From the sequence record NC_019407.1: DNA of 64,000 nt. One strand, 5' to 3'. Position numbers and translations under genes: made by a program. Positions within the stretch are counted from its first letter, which is position 1; each line of letters opens with the position of its first letter. Below the pieces are notes generated by a model. The model did no database searches, was not told the origin of the DNA, and was given only the letters and a program-made list of their open reading frames with translations. Shown piece by piece: positions 38,027-44,618 of this stretch.

Positions 38027-38690
38027 GGGGCTACGGGCCGTCCTCCTGCGTTAGCCCCGCCGCCGCGCCTTCCAGGCGGCGAAGGTCGGGACGGAGCCGA
38101 AGGCGAGCCGGCCGAGGCAGCGGTTGGTGAGCAAAAGGAGAACCCGGCGAGCGGCGGAAGGCGAGTTCCTCGCCCTCGAACTCGGAAAGCACGTGGTGAT
38201 GCCGGAACCACCGCGCTCGCGCGGACGTCTGGACGTTGCTAGGCGTAAGGCTGGCCTGCCGAGAAATGGAAACGGCCGGGGCGGACGGGACTTGATCTCG
38301 TCCGCCTTTCCGCCTAAGCTTCCCTCATTGCAGGCGCAGCACCGCCCCTTGCTAACGGCCCCGAGGGGTACGCGGGGGCTATGAAGCCTTGCCTGGGCAG
38401 GACTGCCACTGAACCAGGAACGCCCTGGGCCGCGTATCGCCCATGACGCGAACGCCGGCCGAGAACAGGCGACTAGGCGTGACGGCGACCAGAGGTCGCA
38501 CGATATTCCAAGCTCGGTAGAGCGATCGGCGGGCCGGGGCGCGAGCCTCGTTTCGAGAGCCAGGGCAACCCGTCATAGGTCCTGGTCGGGCGACGAGGCA
38601 GCAAGTCCTGCGAACGGAGCCTCTGAGGCGGCGTCACCAAGATGCAGCAGACGCAAAAAGGCCCCGATCTTGCGATCGGGGCCTTTTCAT
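38027..38690 (+). ncRNA. Candidate ~660-nt large structured ncRNA (unassigned)
   Basis: Own promoter and terminator, no credible ORF, many local stems plus a long-range GGCGGAA/TTCCGCC pairing. Confidence 0.65.
38655..38687. terminator. Bidirectional intrinsic terminator
   Basis: AAAAAGGCCCCGATC-TTGC-GATCGGGGCCTTTT. Confidence 0.92.
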
Positions 38691-38692
38691 GT

Positions 38693-38781
38693 TGGAGCTT
38701 CGGGAGGGACTCGAACCCTCATAGGTGTTCCCACCAGCAGAGATTTGCAATCCCGCGCCTAACCTCTCAGTCCACCGAAGC
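38693..38781 (-). tRNA. tRNA-Cys(GCA) with long variable arm
   Basis: GCTTCGG/CCGAAGC acceptor, U73, encoded CCA, loop TT-GCA-AA, T arm GAGGG-TTCGAGT-CCCTC, extra GGTG-GGAA-CACC stem. Confidence 0.9.
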
Positions 38782-38784
38782 ACA

Positions 38785-38965
38785 AAAGGACCTCGACGCC
38801 CGAAGGCCCGAGGTCCGATCCGTAACCAGGGGAGGGCCGTAGCTGTCCCCTGACCCTGAACGACAGGTGGCGGGCTTGGTCGTCATCCCGTCAGGCTCGC
38901 GGCGCCGCTCGCCTGAACCGCCGATATGCCACGAGGGCAGTGATCCGCAGGTCCCCATAAATAGC
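38785..38965 (-). ncRNA. Candidate ~180-nt structured RNA between the GOLLD-like terminator and tRNA-Cys
   Basis: Non-coding; CAGGC/GCCTG, GTGGC/GCCAC and CAGGGG/CCCCTG stems; ends in a U-tailed hairpin. Confidence 0.4.
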
Positions 38966-39000
38966 AAAAAGGCCACGATCCGCGAGGACCGTGGCCTTTT
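38966..39000. terminator. Intrinsic terminator
   Basis: AAAAAGGCCACG...CGTGGCCTTTT. Confidence 0.88.
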
Positions 39001-39004
39001 CGTT

Positions 39005-39878
39005 TTCCGATGGGCTGAGACTACACCCATCAGCAATCCCGCTTCGAGGATTATTCCCCAGGTGCGACCCCAGGTATTCCCTCGACGTCCACCAGACCCC
39101 TTGCGGTAGTCCAGTCCGAGATCATCGCCGCCGTTCTTGCGCACCCCGAAGGGATTGCGGGTCTGGCGTTTGACCCATCATGGCGAACTACTCGACAGTT
39201 CCTTCCCCGCTGGGCTTGCGACCCACTCACCGGCGCTAACCGGCTGACGAAGCTCTTCCTATCGACACCTCGCGGGCTTGCGACCCTTGAGATGACTCCG
39301 TTACCCGAAGGCCGGAGCATTTGGCGACTTACGTCCGCCACTGGACCAGTCTTTGCGTTTTTCATCGAAGCGGGGATTGAACCCGCGACCGACAGCTTAA
39401 GAGGCTGTTGCACTACCACTGTGCTATTCGCAAACCCACCAAGACGTGCTGGTCCAGTTGTTCCCAGAGCTTTTGACCCCAGAAATGCAACACGCCTCAT
39501 ATCTTTCGCCTTGCGGGCTACTCGACTGCTCTTCAGGACCCCGTCTCCCCCAACCTTTCGGCCAGGATGCCCAGCACCCCTCGAACTGAAGCAAAGCTCT
39601 TCACCGCGAAGTGTCGAACCCTGCAACCCAAACGGTTATCCGTACTCCCTAGACGCGCTTGCACGGGATAGTCCGCTTGCGACGGACTGGCGGTTAAAGC
39701 CTCGGAGTTACCCCGGCCCCGCCTTGTCTCCCACGGTCTTCAGGTCTATCCCCTTTTGCAAGAGGCGGCCAGCTTCCCAGCCCGGACCCGTCGGCTTCCT
39801 CTGTCCTCTTGCGAGGTCGGGCGGCCTATGGGAGACCGTCCCTGTCACCCCGTCGCCGGGGCTTTCGTCAGAAGCGAC
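39005..39878 (-). ncRNA. GOLLD-like giant structured RNA (~870 nt)
   Basis: Promoter and terminator bounded; at least 8 GNRA and 2 UUCG hairpins; GTCGAGTAG twice, one in a loop-E-like AGUA/GAA context; internal tRNA module; next to phage tRNAs. Family call is from recalled GOLLD features, not a search. Confidence 0.72.
39362..39433 (-). tRNA. tRNA-Lys(CTT)-like module embedded in the GOLLD-like RNA; degenerate acceptor stem, no CCA
   Basis: D arm GCAC/GTGC, ACAGC-CTCTTAA-GCTGT, GCGGG-TTCAATC-CCCGC; only about 4-5 acceptor pairs. Confidence 0.8.
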
Positions 39879-39884
39879 GATGAC

Positions 39885-39913
39885 GTTCTAGCGACAGCCC
39901 ACGTCGTCGTCAA
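39885..39913 (-). promoter_or_regulatory. Sigma73-type promoter of the GOLLD-like RNA
   Basis: TTGACG-15 nt-GCTAGAAC. Confidence 0.82.
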
Positions 39914-39969
39914 CGACTTTTTCCGTCTCGATGTCGAATTTTTTCGACAGTCGTGGATGACGACAGTGC

Positions 39970-39998
39970 TTGACATTCTCGTAAGCCCATGCTAGGTG
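39970..39998 (+). promoter_or_regulatory. Sigma73-type promoter of the tmRNA/tRNA unit (divergent)
   Basis: TTGACA-15 nt-GCTAGGT. Confidence 0.72.
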
Positions 39999-40003
39999 TC
40001 GGA

Positions 40004-40375
40004 AATCGTTGTAATTCGGACAACGGAACTGGCGGCAAGACAGGGGTGCGAATCCCCTCGCCTCCACCATCGACGCCCGGCGCTGGGAGTACGCGACTCC
40101 TGGGCAGGGTGCGTTACCCTGGCGGGCTGCGGCCCGAGCCAAGGGGTAGCCGGGCGTCGTTGATGGGGGCGACTAGCTTTCGATTGGCGCTCGGGACTGA
40201 AAGACGCAACGGTGGGTGACCTCCACATCGGCTTGCCGGTGATCGGGTCAGGCAACAGTAAATGTCGCCGACAATGACAACGACGTCGTGGCTTTCGCCT
40301 CGGCTCGTGAAGCCATCGCCGCCTAATAAGCGGTAGAGGAGCCCGCCGGGAGCTTGGCAACAGAATCCCGGCAAC
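40004..40375 (+). ncRNA. ssrA: Two-piece (circularly permuted) alphaproteobacterial-type tmRNA
   Basis: Acceptor piece ends GAC-AGGGG-TGCGAAT-CCCCT-CGCCTCC-A-CCA (40069). Intervening segment closed by CGACGCCCGGC/GCCGGGCGTCG. Coding piece starts GGGGGCG (40165), giving G3:U70. Tag 40267-40326 reads ADNDNDVVAFASAREAIAA with tandem TAA. Confidence 0.93.
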
Positions 40376-40507
40376 CCCCTTTCGCAGGCGGGAACACCAA
40401 CAGGCGATCTGTCGGGCGACCGATTTCCGATCCGTGTTCCCGTCTTCGAAAGGTGGTCGGGCCTACCCTCTTGGTGTGCTATCCAAGGGTCTGGCCACTT
40501 TACAGAA

Positions 40508-40586
40508 CGCGGGGTAGAGGAGTCCGGTTGTCCTCGTCTGGCTCATAACCAGGAGATCGTGGGTTCAAATCCCACTCCCGCTCCCA
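40508..40586 (+). tRNA. tRNA-Met(CAT), initiator-like
   Basis: CGCGGGG 5' end with C1:U72 mismatch, CT-CAT-AA loop, GTGGG-TTCAAAT-CCCAC, CCA encoded. Confidence 0.9.
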
Positions 40587-40588
40587 AT

Positions 40589-40985
40589 GCGAACGCCGGC
40601 TGTTGAGAACGACGGCGTGACAAGCTCGGAGAGAACGAGCACTCCAGTCCGGGGTATGAGGCCGGACTAGCGGACGCCGTAGCGATTGCAGGCGTGACAC
40701 CCGGAGATAGCGGGACCGGCTTTCCGAGCCGCATGCTCGGCGCGTAAGACCGCAGGCCTCGGCCATCGGGCTGTGTCAGGGGATGAGGCTAGTCCTCGGC
40801 TAACCACCTAGCGGTGAAGCTAGGGCATGCGGTTCGGAAAGCCGGTTCGCACCTTCCGCGCGGACCTCGACGAGAGGAAAAGCGCCAGGACCACGGTCCT
40901 GAGATTCGACGGCTGCATGCAGCCTCCTGATCTGACTACGGTTCGACGGGACGAGCGGTGAAAGCCCGTGTCGACCGACTGGTGG
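40589..40985 (+). ncRNA. Array of about 12 short hairpins between two tRNAs (candidate sRNA)
   Basis: ACGCC/GGCGT twice, GCTCG/CGAGC, AGTCCGG/CCGGACT, CCGAGC/GCTCGG, CCTAGC/GCTAGG, AGGACC/GGTCCT and others; no credible ORF. Confidence 0.5.
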
Positions 40986-40995
40986 GTGAGATTTT

Positions 40996-41080
40996 GGTAC
41001 GGTGGCTCGACAGGTAAGGCATCGGCCTCATAAGCCGAGGGTTCGTCCCAATCCTGGTTCAAATCCAGGTCGTACCTCCA
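40996..41080 (+). tRNA. tRNA with CAT anticodon (Met or Ile2) and long variable arm
   Basis: GGTACGG/TCGTACC acceptor, U73, CCA, TCGGC-CTCATAA-GCCGA, extra GGG-TTCGT-CCC arm, CCTGG-TTCAAAT-CCAGG. Confidence 0.88.
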
Positions 41081-41154
41081 AATCGACGCTTGACCCCAGG
41101 CCGCAGGCTGCTAAGCTTCCCCGGTCGGGATCGTCCCGCGTCCTTTCCAAGGTC

Positions 41155-41184
41155 AAGCCCCCGGAGCCTCGCTTCGGGGGCTTT
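41155..41184. terminator. Intrinsic terminator ending the tmRNA/tRNA unit
   Basis: AAGCCCC-CGGAGC...GCTTCG-GGGCTTTT. Confidence 0.8.
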
Positions 41185-41538
41185 TCAGTTCTTGACCACC
41201 CGCAGGCGCCGGGCCTCGCTGGCGCGCTCCTCCGCCGCCACGCGCGAGACGTCTTGCAGGTGCGCCTTGGCGATCAGGTCGGGTGCGCCCACGGCCCGGA
41301 AGGGCACCTTGACGGAGAGGTCGACATAGCGCCGCAAGAGCGGCTCGAATTCCAGACCCCGCGCCTGGGCGATCCGCGACAATGCGCCGGCGACGATCGC
41401 CACGACCAGGACGTTGGTCGGGGTCTCCTTGGTCAGGGTCCAGATGCCCGGTATCGATTGTCCAGGATGGAGTTCCTGCCGCGACACGTCATCGGCGGCG
41501 GCGCGGAAGAGGTTCTCGTAAGGGACGTTTTCGAGCAT
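41185..41538 (-). CDS. Hypothetical protein
   Basis: High GC3 from ATG 41538; the upstream part of the listed ORF is not gene-like. Confidence 0.65.
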   Translation of the reverse strand: MLENVPYENLFRAAADDVSRQELHPGQSIPGIWTLTKETPTNVLVVAIVAGALSRIAQARGLEFEPLLRRYVDLSVKVPFRAVGAPDLIAKAHLQDVSRVAAEERASEARRLRVVKN

Positions 41539-41617
41539 GCGACAACGATAGCGATCTTTTGCCGCCTGTCTACCCTCTACTCTTGATAGTAGTAAAGCCC
41601 TGATTTCAACACAAGCG

Positions 41618-42010
41618 CTAAAGACGCCCGCCGTAATAGTCCCGCCACATCCCCTCCCAATAGTCGATGTGGAAGTCGGTGCAGTCCGGGCAGAGCCGGC
41701 GATCCCTGTTGGGGTCCTCGCCCTTGCCATCCCAGTGGTAGCAGGTCATCGACGAGACCATGCCCAGGCGCCAGAAGGTTCCGCAGCGCTCGCAGCCACC
41801 CAGGGCGATTTGCTGCATCTGCCGGTGGCCATTCCATTTCGCCAGCGGCCGGGACCAGAGGAGATCGACCACCGCGTGGCGGATGCTCCCGTACTGGGTG
41901 AGCCCGACCTGCACGACCTTACGCTTACCCGTCCGCCGGGACACACCGCCCATGAAGCGGTAGGCGTCGGTGTAATAGATGCGCACCTTCGGGAGGCGGA
42001 GCTTCTTCAC
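41618..42010 (-). CDS. Hypothetical protein with CxxC pairs
   Basis: GTG overlaps the helicase stop; CERC and CPDC. Confidence 0.65.
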   Translation of the reverse strand: MKKLRLPKVRIYYTDAYRFMGGVSRRTGKRKVVQVGLTQYGSIRHAVVDLLWSRPLAKWNGHRQMQQIALGGCERCGTFWRLGMVSSMTCYHWDGKGEDPNRDRRLCPDCTDFHIDYWEGMWRDYYGGRL

Positions 42011-43953
42011 GTGTCCATGACCTTTGCGATATTGTCCTCCTTCTCCTTGGCGGCCTGGGCGATGCGCGCGTCGAGCGAGCCGTTCGCCACCAGGAAGAAG
42101 CACATGATTTTCTCGGCCGTCTGCCCGATCCGGCAGGCGCGGTCCTCGGCCTGCTCGATCAGGGTCGGCGTCCAGTCCCCCTCGGCGAACGCCACGTCGT
42201 GCGCCCGCGTCATGGTGAAGCCTACACCGGCGGCCTGGAGGTTGCAAACGATGACCCGGCAGGACTCGTCGTCCTGGAACTTGTCGACCTGAAGCTGGCG
42301 CTTATTGACGGGGGTCCCGCCATAGATCATCGCCGGATTGTAGTCCGCCAATGCCTCGGCCAGCGCCTTGACGACGTCGGAGTGGTAGGCGAACAGGATC
42401 AGCTTGTCGCCGCCGTCGAGGAAGTTCTTGACCCAGGGAATGATCGCCGGGAGCTTGGCCATCCCCAGTTCGCGGCGGACGGCGGCGATCTCCTCGAACA
42501 GCACCGCCACGGCCGGCGGCGCGAGCCCCAGCACGGCGGCGGCGTAGTCGAGATTGAGCGCCCGCGAGTTGGGCTTGTCAGGATCACCGTCCTGTCCCAC
42601 CGCCTTGTCGAAGCCGTAGCGCTGGGCCGTCTCCAGGATCGACAGACCCAGGCGGATGTCGCGCTGGTCCTCGGTCTCGTTCTCGCCGGCCAGCACCGTG
42701 GCCTCGTAGAGCTTCAGCGCCTGGGAAAGCTCGTCCTCGCGCGCCACGACCTCGCGGATTTCCGGGCTGTCGAGGAGGACGATCTGGCGGAACTTCGGCG
42801 GAAGCTCGGGTAGCACCTCGCGCTTGTTCCGCCGCACCATGAAGGTCGAGCGCAGCCGATAGCCCAGTTCCTCCAGGTTGGAGGCCCCGGTGAAATTGTA
42901 GGCGCCGTGCTTGCCACGCGTGTTGTCGAACCAGCCGTCGCAGTAGCGGTAGCCGAAGTCGTTGTAGCTCTTCCCCAGGCCGTCGGGATCGAAGGCCTTG
43001 ACGATCGACCACATCTCGATCGGGCGGTTCATCATCGGCGTGCCCGACAGGAACACGCGGCGCTTGGCGTCGACCGGGTTGAACCAGATGTCGGCCAGCA
43101 CCGGCTCGCGGTTCTCGGCCTCGGCCTTCTTGATCTCGGCGGCGTTGGCTTCCTTGCGCTTCTTGCGCACCGCCGCCTTTGCCCGCGCATCCATCTGCTC
43201 GCCGCCGAGGATGAAGATCGTGCGCCCGCTGTCGGGGGTCTTGATCGCGTGACATTCGTCGCAGACCAGGAGGTCCCACGGCTGCTCGTGGATTTCCTTG
43301 GAGAAGCGCTCCAGGATGTCGTAGTTGATGATCACGACATCGGTCTTGGGCCACCAGCGCGGGTGGACGACCTTCTTGAAACGCGGCTTGCCGTTCTTGT
43401 AGAAGCCGTCGCGCACGGTCTCGCGATAGCGCGTCTCGGCGATCCCGACGCTCAGGCCCTTGCTGCACCAGAGCAGCCATTCGCGCCGCCAGTTCTCCTT
43501 CAGCGAGGCGGGGACCACCACCAGCACGCGGCGGATTTTCTTGATCGCGTTGGAGACGCCAATCGCCTGGATCGTCTTGCCCAGACCCGGCGGATCGGCG
43601 ATCAGGGTGTCGCGCCGCCCCGGCAGGGTGGCGAAGTCGATCCCGGCGCGCTGGAAGGGCTTGAAGTCCCAGCCCTTGGCCTCGACCGCCTTGGAGATCG
43701 GCGGCCAGAAATCACAGTCGGCCTTGTAGGACAGCGCCCGGCTGATGTTGGCCAGATGCTCGCGGCGCCCCAGTTCGTCGAGCGCGTTGCTCTTCCAGAC
43801 CACGCCGGGCACCGCCAGGGCGACGGCCGGGTTGTGGGTGATCAGCGCCCGGCGCGGCGGGCTCCAGGTGAAGCCGGCCTCCTGGAACCGCTTGCGGTCT
43901 TCCCATTCGGTGACGGCCCAGAAATAGCCGTCGCGATAGTCGATAAAAGCCAT
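42007..43953 (-). CDS. SNF2/SWI2-family (HARP-like) helicase
   Basis: DPPGLGKT, VPASL, DECH, LSGTPMMNR, MVRRNK, GVGFTM and QAEDRACRIGQ motifs. Confidence 0.93.
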   Translation of the reverse strand: MAFIDYRDGYFWAVTEWEDRKRFQEAGFTWSPPRRALITHNPAVALAVPGVVWKSNALDELGRREHLANISRALSYKADCDFWPPISKAVEAKGWDFKPFQRAGIDFATLPGRRDTLIADPPGLGKTIQAIGVSNAIKKIRRVLVVVPASLKENWRREWLLWCSKGLSVGIAETRYRETVRDGFYKNGKPRFKKVVHPRWWPKTDVVIINYDILERFSKEIHEQPWDLLVCDECHAIKTPDSGRTIFILGGEQMDARAKAAVRKKRKEANAAEIKKAEAENREPVLADIWFNPVDAKRRVFLSGTPMMNRPIEMWSIVKAFDPDGLGKSYNDFGYRYCDGWFDNTRGKHGAYNFTGASNLEELGYRLRSTFMVRRNKREVLPELPPKFRQIVLLDSPEIREVVAREDELSQALKLYEATVLAGENETEDQRDIRLGLSILETAQRYGFDKAVGQDGDPDKPNSRALNLDYAAAVLGLAPPAVAVLFEEIAAVRRELGMAKLPAIIPWVKNFLDGGDKLILFAYHSDVVKALAEALADYNPAMIYGGTPVNKRQLQVDKFQDDESCRVIVCNLQAAGVGFTMTRAHDVAFAEGDWTPTLIEQAEDRACRIGQTAEKIMCFFLVANGSLDARIAQAAKEKEDNIAKVMDT

Positions 43954-44004
43954 GGGCGCCGCACGTGGTTAACGCGCGGAATGTCGCCCATCACGACACT
44001 AGAT

Positions 44005-44019
44005 GTCAAGATTCATGAC
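44005..44019 (-). promoter_or_regulatory. GTCATGAATCTTGAC element in a divergent promoter region
   Basis: Motif copy with a neighbouring TTAACCAT. Confidence 0.75.
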
Positions 44020-44091
44020 TTGACCCAAGGCGTTAACCATGTCACGTTCGCCGCACGGCCGAGAGATCGGCCGGTCACAAGGAGAACTATC

Positions 44092-44391
44092 ATGACCCTG
44101 ATCGTCAAGATCATGTCGGGCGAGGACCTGCCCGACACCGCGCCCGAAAAGCGCTTCACCCTCCACGCCGGCGTCAAGTCCTTCCATCCGGTGGTCCAGC
44201 CCCCGGAGGTTCCCGGCGGCCAGCCCTACTGCTATGTCCGGCTCTACATCGCCGATCCGGTCAAGACCGCCGCCGTGCCCGGCTTTGTCGAGCATGAGGT
44301 CACGGTCGAGGCGCCGGGCAACGTCTACGTGATGAACGAGGCCGGCAAGACTATCGCCACCTGGACCCCGCCCTGCGGCAAGCCGTACTAG
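44092..44391 (+). CDS. Hypothetical protein (99 aa), lone plus-strand gene
   Basis: AGGAGA RBS; high GC3. Confidence 0.78.
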   Translation: MTLIVKIMSGEDLPDTAPEKRFTLHAGVKSFHPVVQPPEVPGGQPYCYVRLYIADPVKTAAVPGFVEHEVTVEAPGNVYVMNEAGKTIATWTPPCGKPY

Positions 44392-44618
44392 ATTTGCGCA
44401 GCGGCTTCCGGGTCTTCCGGATGCCATCCCAAACGTTGAAGGGCGGCCACGACATCAAGGGCGGGGCCGCCCTTTTTCTCGGTGCCCAGCAGGAGGAAGA
44501 CGAAGCGCTCGCCCTTGGGCGCCTTGAACGTCGCCCGGAAGGGACCCATCTCGGTGTCCATCTCGATCGTGCAGTTGGTCATGGTGGCGCAGTCGCCGGT
44601 CTTCATCGCGATCATCAC
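44388..44618 (-). CDS. Hypothetical protein
   Basis: Coupled start/stop with the upstream gene. Confidence 0.6.
   Translation of the reverse strand: MMIAMKTGDCATMTNCTIEMDTEMGPFRATFKAPKGERFVFLLLGTEKKGGPALDVVAALQRLGWHPEDPEAAAQI

Noticed and set aside
38120-38615. RNase P-like fragments (GAGAACCCGGC, CTGCCACTGAA, GAGGCAGCAAGTCC) in the 660-nt RNA
   Set aside because: Order is scrambled relative to CR-I to CR-V and the P4 strands are not complementary.
40400-40500. Possible decayed tRNA between the tmRNA and tRNA-Met
   Set aside because: Two hairpins only; no cloverleaf or T-loop in the right context.
40589-40985. Possible CRISPR array
   Set aside because: No identical repeats with regular unique spacers; only heterogeneous hairpins.
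37979-41062. Listed ORFs of 60-200 aa across the RNA island
   Set aside because: No RBS or GC3 bias, Arg/Pro/Ser-rich translations, and they overlap clear tRNA/tmRNA genes.
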